In this document: one piece after another, positions 10,950 through 22,834 of the stretch
Position numbering within the stretch: the first letter of the stretch is position 1
Layout of the letters: each line of letters starts with the position of its first letter
DNA from: Oopsacas minuta
Lineage: Eukaryota > Animalia > Porifera
Assembly: GCA_024704765.1 (NCBI GenBank)
Contig: JAKMXF010000199.1
Coordinates: 248,001-312,000 of the forward strand
DNA: 64,000 nt
Reading direction: 5' to 3'
Program-made: the position numbers and the translations under genes
Notes under the pieces: generated by a model
Told to the model about the DNA's origin: nothing
The model's input: the letters and a program-made list of their open reading frames with translations, nothing else
Databases searched by the model: none

Positions 10950-12128
10950 TATAGTAATCTTACTTCTCTTTCATTTGACTTTTTCGAATTCCATACACTC
11001 TCATTACGTAATTACCACTAAATGTACGGAATGTAATTCAACTTTAGACTAGCTATACGTATACGTAACTGAATAAACAAGTCAATTTAGAGTTGGATTC
11101 TAGAAAGTAGTGAATTTGTTTGATAACATGTAAACTACGTTCCCACTACGTATTACAAATTACAATATGTATAATTATCCAAAATGCCAAAAATAGACAG
11201 TGTATACAAATATTTTATAATAATATTACTTGTACAGAAAGTGGTAGGTATTTGATAATTGTATTTAATAACTCATAATAAATAAAATAATTTAACATGT
11301 CAATCTATATATTGCAATATATTCTATCAAATAATAAAAATTTACGAGCATTAGCATGATAATGAATATTCGGAATATCTTAAGTACGAATTGTAGGCGA
11401 GTTCATCTTTACCCATTTCTCTATACTTCCTAACAAGCTTTAAGGAATATACCACTGAAATATGTTCATCTATTGGACAAGGGTAGACTATGCATTTGTT
11501 ACGGGAGTCTTGGTATAATGTTGATACACATATAGAGTTGAGGTGAAAACCGCGAGCCTCTGGCACGCTACATACTCCTGGAAAAAACTAAATTTCTATA
11601 AACAAAACAAGTCAGCTGCGGTGGCCTCTTCCTTCCCCTTACAGCCACCCCCTAACGCTAAACGTTTAACGTTAACCTCACCTTGTTTATGTATGTAGTG
11701 TTGGAGTGAGTTTGATGTGATTGCGATCACACCAAATTCGATTCTAAGCTGCAGCATAAACGAATACGTATAATAAATCGTAACTTAACAGACACGCGAC
11801 GAGCTAACGACCCCGAAAGACCACATACAAGGAGACATTAAAAAATAAAAAATAGATAAGAAACTCGCTTGTATCTGATTCCATGCTGTATTTCGTCTCG
11901 GCGTAGACTCGTCAGTTGCGCTGCCTTTCTCGCAATATACTTAGATGGTAGAGTGATGATATTCGCCACTGGGGATGTGTTGTTGCAGGTCGCGTTTCCA
12001 TTATCTGGGCTCACCATGATAGGGATTGCGTTGCCTGAATAACTTCGGGCAGAGGTCCCCACAAGGTTCGATGTACCTTGCCTTTGAGCGCTTTCGAATG
12101 ATGGAAAAGAGTCGTGAATCGCTAAGAA

Positions 12129-15100
12129 TTAGTCAGAAGAGTGCAAGAGGTAGAATACAGTATTGAGTGATTCGATGAAAGTGTCACAGTCCCAAAGTTG
12201 GATAATTGGTTCTCTCATTCCGTCATATTTATAGAATTGCCCGTTTTGGTAAAGGATTGAATAAAAGTGTCTATTACTCAATATGCTAAAGCCAGCAAGT
12301 TGGTAGTGAAGTGTCCGTTGGTTGTGACTGATGGTAAAGTGTTTGTCAATATCACTTACAAAAATGTCTGGCAATTCGGGTAGATGTCCGATTTCAATTG
12401 TTAGCATGACAGGTATTGACTTGAATTGACCAGATATCCTCTCTAAGACAGCAGTAGTTGATCCACAAGACTTGCATTTAATAGGAACGAGACTTCGATT
12501 ACCAGATGATTCCAGGTTTGTAATCTTGGATTGTGTCTCAAAGATATTGGTGCATTAGTAGCATTGGAAGATAGTGAAATATTTGTCGTTACACAAATCT
12601 TCTATTCGTAAATATTTGATGATGTTACCCTCTGATCCAAAGAAATCGTAAGACCGTGTTAATCCTGAGGAATCATAAATAACCTCAAGCCCAATTTTAG
12701 TAGCAACATATTCTCGAAGTTTCTCAAATTCACAATTAGCACCCAATTGGAATATGTAGTGGAATTTAGCTTCAATATGTGTACTTCCGATTAACTTCAG
12801 TGAGTCTATGATGATTGCTTTATTCGAACTAAGAATAGCCAATATATTGTCGATAGAACAGGTGTTAGATTGCACGATGTTGTTATACTCTCCTCCCCAT
12901 TTAGGATATGGGATAAGATCTGATGCATTTTGTTTAGATTGTTCTGGTATTTCAATGATCTCATGAACTTGCTCAGTTGGGAATATTAACTCAATTATTA
13001 CTGGTAATAGAACAGCAATTGGATAGTCAAGATCTCTTCGTGTCTCTTCAGGTATTTCAGTAGGATAGGAGGAACGATATTCTGCGTACCAATTACCGGC
13101 TGATACAGCAAGTTTCTCCTTAATCGCAAAATTTAGTTCGTTGGGTGGATGGTAAGAATATAGTAAATTCAATGAAGTTAGAGATGCAGCTTTTGTAGCG
13201 AGTTTCTCATGTAGTTGGGTTAAGTATGTGTTATTGACAAGAGCTGATAGTATTCGAGGTTTCAATTGAAGTAGCTCAGAATTGATATTTTCATAGATTG
13301 AGTGTTGTTGCAGTGTTTCAAATGTTTCTTCCATGGTATCCAGGTTCAATATATCATCCAAAGAATCTAAATACAAATAAATATGTGAAATGTAGGATTG
13401 CTATTACTTATTAATCGAATCAATACTGAACAAACTAGTTTATATGTACTTAATCATGGGCTGAGTCAATTAGTTATAGTTCAGTACAATATTGTCTCGC
13501 TAATATATTTTCCGCTAGAAGGGAATTTGGAAGATCTTTTGGACTTCTTGGATTTGCCTGTCTTCGTCCGAAACTGCCATTTTTCGTCCATGCGAGAATG
13601 ACATTTTCTTGATAGATGGATAGGTAATTTTGTTGTTTGCTATCTGGGTCTTAGCAACAACTAGGTAGCTTGGTTTAACTTCCTCTATCATATATGGTCC
13701 CAAATATTTCTTTGCATCTTTTGTTCCTGGGAATCGCTTGGCTTTCTTTATATTATGTACAAGTACTTCATCTCCTTCCACAAATTCTGATCTAAAGTTA
13801 AAACAATGATTATACAAAGAATTATAATGTGCCAATTACGTACAGTTTGTAATGATGCTAATTTTATAACTAAAAGTAAGTGTTTTGGAATTTAAGAATC
13901 CATATAATTGAGGAAACAATAAATTAGTTCCGATTCAAGACTATTTCATATTTACCTGATTATACAACAGTCAGGTAATTTAATTTAATTTTGTATGAGA
14001 TGATGCATGAAATTCCAACAGGTTACATCACAAAAGGAATGTGTTTCGTTATTGCTTACCTGTTGTGTTTAACTTTGCTGTCATGTGTATTCTTTTGAAC
14101 TCTCTGACCTGCCTTGATGTTTTCAATAGCAGTCATCCTGTCAGCTTTACGTGTGGAAGAAAGATTTTCTATCCATTCATTATCAATTATAGGAAAGTCA
14201 AATGGGCGTGGTTCGTTTGCATCCATTTGAATATTCTCATCTTCTGATACTTCTGCCTCTGAGATATCAGCTTCGGTTAGTATTCGGGGTTAGTTGGAGA
14301 AGTGATAAGATTGAGAAGGTTAGATGAATCAAAGTCTCCCCCAAACATGAGATAAAAGGGTGTGTAGCTTGTAGAGATTTTGGTTTGAGCATTTGCTGCT
14401 AGTACTGCTGTCTGTAATTTCTCTGTCCATTCAGTGTCCCCTTCAGATTGCATCTTGTTGATTTTTCTATTTGTAAAAGTGTTAAATTGATTCAAAGGTA
14501 TCTAATTATAAGCGACGTGTATTAAACGTATCTAAGGCTTAGAATAGATATATATTTATATTTAGCATCAATACTCACGTTTTCAATATTCGGTTGTGTG
14601 ACTCAACAAGTCCGTTACTTTGTGGGTGGTATGCTGTGGCTCTTCTGGTCTTGACATTTATCTTCTTGTGAAAATTCTTGAAATTCCTATTTCGAAAGTA
14701 AATAAGAGAACGATAACAATCTACTACGCGCATGTATTTAGTCTTGTACAACAATAGTTAGAAAGACAAAACGATTAATAAGGTAAATTTTCCATCCGAA
14801 GGTAGTTGCATCAATTCGTAAATTCTTATTTATTAGTATTCAACATAAATTAAAATCCAATTTTCCACACGGTTTCCTAAATATGGCCATCAGGGTGCAC
14901 AATTTCCTATCAGGGTATATATTGAACCAATGCGTTGACAATTGACAATGCAACTTGTTACGTACGTATATCCAATATAGTAAGTTATATTGTGCATCAG
15001 GAATAATTTCTTTGGTGTATTTACTATTACTAATCTCGAGTATGCAAAAAATATGAGTTACCTTGCTTGAGAATTCTGTTCCCTGATCATATTGGAGGAT

Positions 15101-16412
15101 GTTAGGTACGCCGAATGAGAGATTAATTTCCTGTAAACAATCCAATATTTCTTTAGAGGTTTTAGTCTTGAGTGGTCGGGCAATTACAAATTTACTCAGG
15201 TAGCACACGATGACAAGAATGTGCTGAAATCCAAGTACAGTGCGAGACATATTGCATATGAGATCAATTCCACTATGACACCATGGTTCTCCAGGAGGAG
15301 GAATAGGTTGAACCTCTCGTTGTGGCTGAGGAGGTAGAGCAGCAGAGATTTGACAGTCATGGCAAGTTCGGATCTAGAACGGGAAATGATTTAATTGTCA
15401 GTTTGTAGTCCAGTCTAATGTAATTTGCTACGTCCCAGATGTCCCACTAAATTAGCATTCCGTCCCGCTTTTTCTTCACTCAGGTTGGCAAATATGTTTA
15501 TGTGAAATACTCCCACTACTTATCCCAATTACTCCACCGCAAGGATTATTATTTTTAGACACATAGTTGGTTGGTTGTACCGTACAAATAGATTTCCATA
15601 TGATAAAATTGTATACCGGTATACTAAATATCATCAGATCGCACAATATTAATTTTACAATCGCACAAATAAAGCTATAAACAGTAGAATAATTACAAAG
15701 GGAATAACCTCAAACTATAAAATACATTCTGTTCTCAGACTTAACAACCCCTTTTGCAAATTTCCCTGGATTTTCAAAATTTGTAATCCAGGGATCCCTG
15801 GACGGTTGGTAAGTCTGTGTTCTCAGCCACATTTTCTTGGAAAATCATATATGAAAGAAATAAGTAATTTAGTAACTCACGTAGGATCCAACAACATTGT
15901 ATATGCCATTCCAATCATATTTGTTTCGGATTCCATCAATAGTAGTGTTGATTCTAGGATGAGTGACATTGTGATAGAATCCGATAATGTTGTCAATTTC
16001 TGAGACTAGTGGAATCTCCAAGTATTTCACACAGCCATTTTTCTTTCTGAAAATCTACCAAAAAATTACTTTAGTCAAACTCAGAGGTTGTACGTAGCAT
16101 TGAGGGACAGAGGAGCCCCCTAGCGTTTTCGCCCTTCTCATCTCGCTGTGGTACGCAAATTTAATGAGGCAACTACATATCTGCCTCCTCGCAGATATGT
16201 AGTTCCCTCAAGATTTCTAATTATGTCCCGAAATAAGTATAAATCAAAAATATCATTCAGGAATATACCTTCATTAGCTTATTCTCTTGAAAGTAAATCC
16301 CCTTGCACTTTCTGACAAAATTCTTCTTTCTGTAGCGATCACTCTTGATTTCTGTTGGAATAATATTCGTCTGGAGGTATCCACGAATTGCTTCATGCTC
16401 TGTCGCATCCAT
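12129..16412 (-). pseudogene. Multi-exon Ginger transposase (H2C2 + D,D35E integrase + GPY) followed by a USP-like protease domain; disrupted by a few frameshifts and stops
   Basis: Exons with GT-AG boundaries: 16412-16269 (MDATE..KLMK), 16054-15881 (..YHNVTHPRINTT..VVGSY), 15373-15062 (IRTCHDC..GIDL..YDQGTEFSSK), 14686-14579 (..AYHPQSNGLVESHN), 14466-14060 (..YTPFYLMFG..), 13791-~13450 (FVEGDEVLV..LGPY), 13366-12129. Phases match at introns 1, 2, 4 and 5. The end of exon 6 is not fixed. Confidence 0.88.
16165..16210. other. Near-perfect hairpin in Ginger intron 1
   Basis: TGAGG-C-AACTACATATCTGC, loop CTCCTC, GCAGATATGTAGTT-C-CCTCA: 14-bp perfect stem, 20 bp with 1 mismatch. Confidence 0.85.
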
Positions 16413-18216
16413 AATGAAAAATGTCAAAAGTAAATATAAGTGTTGATGTTGAAATCTAGAAACAAAGTAAAATGTTAGTGTGTGCATTCAGGAAGTCACA
16501 CATGTATAAATGCGAATACCATGTGACTAGGGATGAAATGTTGATAGTACTTGATCTGCAAATGCTACTTGTGGGTCAAAATCCTACGCAACAGACCTGT
16601 TGTGCGAGGAAATTACTACCTTACATCGGGTAATTTTAAAGTTTGATCGTGCCTGATATATTCAATACACAACACTTATTTCTGTTCAAACATTATGACA
16701 TTGCAAATTGAACGGCTTCTATATGATCTGTGAGTGATTCTTCACAAACTGATGAATACATTCGTCATAATTGATGAATTATTTCATAACAACATACATA
16801 TATTGCTATATATAAAAGTAACAACAATGTTGCTACGAGAAATCTTTTAATATATTAAATGTGGTGACAATAATTATTTCATGCTATTTATAGTAACAGT
16901 AGCATCAAAATTTAACAGCATAATTAATCAGTATAAAAGGAAGCTGTTGAATATCAAATTGTTCAAACAGAACTAAGAGTTGTGTATCGAAAATTCAAGT
17001 CACGATCAAAGTCTAAAATATGCTATGTAAGGTTGTAATTTCTTAATGATCAAGAGTATCCATGATACCAGTAATAGAGGTTATAAAAAGTTCATGCTAG
17101 TAATTTCCTCACAAAATAGAAAATCAATGATTAATCTTTCTAATTGCTTGATAATACAGAACATTAATATTATAGTTATAGGTAGCCAAATTCACAGTGG
17201 GCAGAAATGGCTCTTTAGGGGAAATAGCCATTTATAGGCATCTTAAACTACAAAAAGTATGATTTGTGTATATGAAATTGACCCTGATGAATCATTTGGC
17301 ATTCCCAAAATTATTATAGGACTTATACTTTTCTCTTATGATAACCATGGATAAAAAATGTTGAAGTGTATTGTTCTATTTCTGATCTATGTATTGAATT
17401 AATATCTTGACAATGCTGATATAATTACTAGTCATATTATAAAAGAATTGAATTAAATACACTTTCTCGTTCTTTTGAGTGTCTTGAGTTTTGGCACCTT
17501 AACTTACAAATATGGCCGATCTCTCCACAGTTTTAAACAAAAATTGTGTCGGAATTTTGATACTATGGGGTCACTATGACACAGAAGACGAATGAAAATG
17601 TCCTTGGTTTGAAACAAAAAGAATTCTTACGAGCCAGATGTTCTTGATACTTCGTATTAGCTTGTATGAAGATTCCAATGCTCTCTCTGTATATTCATTT
17701 AGACGAAATCGTTGATGCATTTTCTTATCAACTGTGTGCTATGAGCCAACAATTTATGTAAAGATGGGATAATGCTTGCCCATGGAAAGTGGACTACAAA
17801 TAATTCAAGTGTTTGTAGACATATAAGTTCATGCGAGCTCGTGCTAATTTCCTTGCTACAATTGAAGGAAAGCAAAATTACTGTAAGATTGTTGAGAATC
17901 TTGGTTAGAGGTTCATGGTATTGTAAATGAACTAAGGTTGTAATCTAATAGATAAAGTTGTTTTTCTACAAAAACATTCACAATGTTGCCAGTAGGCGTT
18001 GTTCCACCGTCACAAAACGTTGATCGATTGTTAACCCAGTTTTCTCCTGCAAAAACTTCAGACAAATTTTAGAGATGTTTGTACCCTGAGGGCTGATGGT
18101 AACCATTGTTAGATGCTCACTGTAGGTGGTAGTCCAAGCTCATGTACCAACGAAAGACGGAAGTTTAGGAATGGAGTGGAGAATCTGATATTACATTAAA
18201 TTTGGATAACGGTATG

Positions 18217-18969
18217 CAGTGGCGTTTCTAGACTTTTTGTTAAGGGGTGCAAGTGGTCAGTCAGTGGGATTGATATACAACGCCGGTAATAAGTGATGGA
18301 GTGTCAGCAGGAACAGTATTGCGGTGAATATGATGTCCACAAATTCGAGGTAGAGATGGTACTGTACAAACACTTTTGCACATCTCTTCCACAGTAAGAA
18401 TCCACCTGCTGTGATAAGAATCAATATTTTCTCTAACTTCTTGCAAAGTTAATTTCCCGTTGTTTATTTCTGATACAACTTCAACGGTTTCTTTAGCCTC
18501 TGCTGGTAGACTGGAGGTCCAAAGGTTTCTATGTATCTAAGGCTGTAATTTGTTAATACTAATGCACAAATAAAATCAGTACTGCAAATTGCTAGTTGTG
18601 GAGTCCCGGCATCAGTAATTGCATCTGATGTCCACAGGGTAGGACCATCGCTACAAACATTATTGAAACAGGTTACTACGGAAGCGTGGAGAGACTGAAA
18701 TTTCCTCGTGCATTAATACGTTCTACCCGTCCATCGGCATTGTTTGTGAAATTTAGGACAAAAAATATATATTTATAACAATAAAATTAGTCAGACTATT
18801 AATGGATTCTTCTCCATCAATGAAGTACATGTGATATTTGATATTTGATTGTTGAATTAATTTTTAACTAACATGAAACCGCCAGCGGAGCTAAATCATA
18901 ACAAATTACTATCACTGAAATTTAAGGGGGGTGCTGGAGCACCCGCTGCACCCCCTGGATACGCCACTG
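18217..18969 (-). mobile_element. Internally deleted hAT element (THAP12/ZMYM1-like transposase remnant)
   Basis: TIRs CAGTGGCGT(T/A)TC; subterminal GGGGGTGCT..GCACCC. Remnant PSLPRICG..HRNTVPADTP..YYRRCISIPL. 8-bp TSD not recognisable. Confidence 0.75.
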
Positions 18970-19065
18970 GGAGTGAGTACAAATATCTAATGGGATAGCA
19001 ATGCAAGAAATTCCACATTACCCACAGAATCAATTATTTCTTGTGCAGCAGTTATAGTACAATGA

Positions 19066-22000
19066 AACGAGTGTGAAGTGAGCAGACTATTCGACCATGT
19101 ATACTTCAATCACTAATTTAACCCACTTCCACTTATCAGATTTTAACGAAATAAATCACACTCAATAGAGGAGAGTTAAAATTTTTACGAAATATGATTT
19201 TTGTGCAAAAGTTTTACTTTTTATCGGAATTTTTTGATCAATTGCCCATGTATACGAATTCATTAAAATACACCACCTAAAAATCAGAAATCGATTCTGA
19301 AAATTCGTATACACATTTGTGCCATATGAATGTTTGTGTAAACATTAAAATATATTGAAAACTCGCGGAGTAATTCAAATTTTTTAGTTGGAAGTGGGCA
19401 TTTAAGAGGTACTACATAAAGTAGGCTCAGTTCAAACTCATATTTCTTACCCTAAATGTAACTGAAATACAATTATTTTGATATTAATCAATAGATGAGA
19501 TGTAAATGTTTATAACAATATCAATTTTATCCAGAAATACTGAAAATTATCACTCGCATCAACCTTTTAAAGATCTATAATTTGTGAATTTTTGTGAATT
19601 ACGACCTCCACCTTTGAACTCAATTCTGGAAATTATTTATCAACAGAATCGCCTCAAAATTTACAGATACCTTCTTTAGTATTCTATAATTCAATTATCT
19701 TAAAAAAGCAATAGGTCGCTAGTACTTTTTTTATAGATTTTTGTCATTTCTAAACTTCTACTCTTCACCATTTTCCGAACTAATTTATTAATGCATACAA
19801 GTATGACAGCCTCCAGTAAATGTTTGTCATGTTTACAATATGATTGACGTCAAGCTTAGAAAGTTATGATCCCATATTGGGACGGTCTATTTTTATCTAT
19901 TTTAACGAAATTGGTTCATCGACTGACAGAACATATTTACACACCCCTTTGCCATAATAATAGTTTTTTGATATTTTTGTTTCTTTTTCCTGATTTTGCT
20001 TTGTTTGCTTTTGCGTGTGCTCTCATATTTGGTATTACTTGTTTTTTGCTCTTCGTTATATATTTTGCCTATATTATATTTTCATTGATAGGACATATTC
20101 ATGATTACCATTGAGTTGTGACGTGCTCGCATTGGATTGCACTCTCTTCGGAAATCCTCCAATTGTTCCAAACTTCATCTGACTCTCTCATTTATCTCAT
20201 TTCGATGTCTACACTCATATCTACTCTGTGCGCCTGTGTAATTTCAATTCTGCTCTTCATTGGTGGTATCGAGATAAACCCAAGACCGATCACTCCAACT
20301 CAAGTTTCATATTCCGAACAAGCTAATTCATTAATATAAGTGATAGGATAGAGTTTTCTCCTACTTGAAAGACTTATCTTTGGTGTCAATAATTCAATTC
20401 CGAATACCTACATTGTTGAAAAGTGGTTTATACATGTTAAATCAAGCTTTGATGTGGAAGATGCAAGTAGTGTGTGTAATATATGTATTACACATACTAA
20501 GGAAGTTTTCGTGCAGTATATTGGAATCATTAGTTGTGTAGAATTATAAAGATAACTTTTGGTATTACAACATTGTTTAACATATGGATTAAAATATCTC
20601 TGGATGCTAAATCTAAATTCATCTCCTTGAACCATCTTGAGGAAGAATTTTTATAATATGAGAGTGGGATAATGATATTCTAATATCTAATTATTTCTGT
20701 AAATTGATGCTGATATTACTTGTGTTTGTGTAACAACTCCTTTGTGTGTATTTTAATACTGAATATTATCTCTATGAATGTATTCCAGATGTTACCTGTA
20801 TAATTCTATATCAGATATTACCTATATAAATGTTTGTATAATATTATGTATGTGTACAGCATTGTATCTACGTAATGTTCAGTTTCAAATTATATGGAAG
20901 AATTGAATATGGGTTTTTACCTTTAGCATTTACACATTCAGATTTACATATAATTTTATTGGCTGTTAACACTACACAATTATACCGATTGGTTGATGAT
21001 TTATAATTGAAGAATAAATAGAAGAAGAACTTAAAATGGAACCACCAATTAGCATGACTCTGCTTTTCTAATTGCTAGATACAACAACATTTTTAAGTAA
21101 TTACGTCTGAAACTTTGTTATGTAACTGGTTCAAATTATATTTTGTATTATGATTTAATTATTTAAATAAATAAATATATATATTTTCAACACATCTTAG
21201 CACCAAATTTTGGAATTGTTGATGATAAACAGTTAGAATGGGAACCATAATAGTATCATAATCTGACTTCCCATTACGAAAATGTGTGGTAGTTTCAAGT
21301 TAGTAATAATACAAATATATTTTACAATTAGAGATGCACCGGATACTTTTGTTAATATTTGGCCACTCCACCTAGCTCAGTATATAGTGAGAGATTATTT
21401 AGTAGAGCTGGAATTGTATTTAAAGAAAGGCATAACAGATGGTTACCTGAAAAAGGAGAGCATCTCCTCTTTATTCAGAAAAATTTGGGATTATTAGATT
21501 TCCATTATAGTGTCTCGATATGTTTGTTATAGCATAGTTTATCTAGGACTAGACATTTGAGTTATTGTACGTAGATTACATCAATTCATGCATTTTGCCT
21601 AGATATAGTATTATCCGACATATCAATGAAATTGGCCGGGTAACGGATAGAAACCGGATTTCCGGTGCATCTCTATATAATTATTAATTAAGAAAGGAAA
21701 TTGAAAATTCTTAAACAAAAAATCTTTAGAATAAAAAGTCTCAAAGTAATAGCGACCCCTTGTTGTTTTTATTGGAAATTGAATTATAGAATACCAAAGA
21801 AGGTATCGGTAAGTTTTGACGCGATTCTGTTGATAAATAATTTCCAGAATTGAGTTCTAAGTTGGAGCTCGTAATTCACAAAAGAATTCGAAATTATCGA
21901 TTATTAGAAGGTTAAGCTGGTGACAATTTTCAGTATTTCTCGATAAAATTGCTATTGTATGCAAAAATCATATTGCGTAAAACGTTTAACTCTCCTCTAT

Positions 22001-22098
22001 CGAATGAGATTAATTCCGTTAAAGCTGACAAGTGGAAGTGGGTTAAATTAGTGATTGAAGTATATATGGTCGAATAGTCTGCTGACTTCACACTCGTT
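19066..22098. mobile_element. Unclassified foldback-type element with long imperfect inverted arms
   Basis: 19066-19210 plus 19515-19700 is the reverse complement of about 21770-22098 (ends AACGAGTGTGAAGT / ACTTCACACTCGTT); the left arm has a ~300-bp extra segment. It interrupts the Transib reading frame. Possible 6-bp TSD CAATGA/CGATTA (4/6). Confidence 0.75.
21329..21675. mobile_element. hAT-like MITE (347 bp) nested in the foldback element
   Basis: Perfect 15-bp TIR TAGAGATGCACCGGA. TSD not clear. Confidence 0.7.
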
Positions 22099-22834
22099 CG
22101 ATTAATGGGAAACCGAGATCAGATAAACGCTTGAATATCTTTAGAAGATGCTGTGCAGAGTTGGCATTTTGCACCTCCTGCACCAGTCAGAATTCCAGAC
22201 ATCTTCGCATCGAATATACTACGAGTGACTTTAACTTTTACAAGTCCTGGTGGGGGAGATTGAGACCTCTACTTTCAATATTTCTGGATTAATATGTGTG
22301 AATCCATGAGATATTTCACATACATTTTCTTCGTCCATTGCAGTTAACGCGACAGGGCGAATCTCAAAATGTGATTTGGGATTTCATAACCCAGAACTTA
22401 GTATCAGATGCATCGTTAATAGGAAGGAGTTTAAAAGCAAATAAAAGAAAATTTTGGAGAAAAAGTTCACAGTTTGTTGCAGTGGTTGTAAACTTGATGC
22501 GATCCAGAACCATCGATGCCATCTGCAACTCTCAGAGTTAGAGGAAATTGATCACTATTTAAACCAGGAAGTGCAGAAAGACAACGAGAAACTGTCTGTT
22601 TTAACTGCAGTCTATATGATATGATAACTCCGATGGTCAATTGGTGTGAATTGGTTATGCATTGGAGTATATTCGCGCGAGTAATACCGGTGTGGTATAA
22701 AGCAACATCTTTATACTAAACAAATAATACATTGTCAACTTTTAGAAGTCTATTCAAATCGATATACGTTTACTTAACGTTGTCAAGTTGATCAAGGAGG
22801 AAAATGGAGTTTTCAATCGATATCCGGTTACCTA

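Larger units (their letters stand above)
10815..16593 (-). mobile_element. Ginger (Gypsy-integrase-like) DNA transposon, 5779 bp
   Basis: 24-bp TIRs TGTTGCGTAGGATTTTGACCC(G/A)CA with 1 mismatch; perfect 4-bp TSD GACC (10811-14, 16594-97); spliced H2C2-rve-GPY integrase; no gag, RT, RNase H or LTRs. Confidence 0.93.

Noticed and set aside
13515-15373. Gypsy LTR retrotransposon integrase
   Set aside because: No gag, protease-RT-RNase H or LTRs. The integrase is intron-split and bounded by TIRs with a 4-bp TSD, which fits Ginger.
15427-15447. GHLGRSK as the integrase H2C2 histidine motif
   Set aside because: It is followed by stops and lies in predicted intron 2. Exon 16054-15881 supplies YHNVTHPRINTT in the correct phase to join IRTCHDC.
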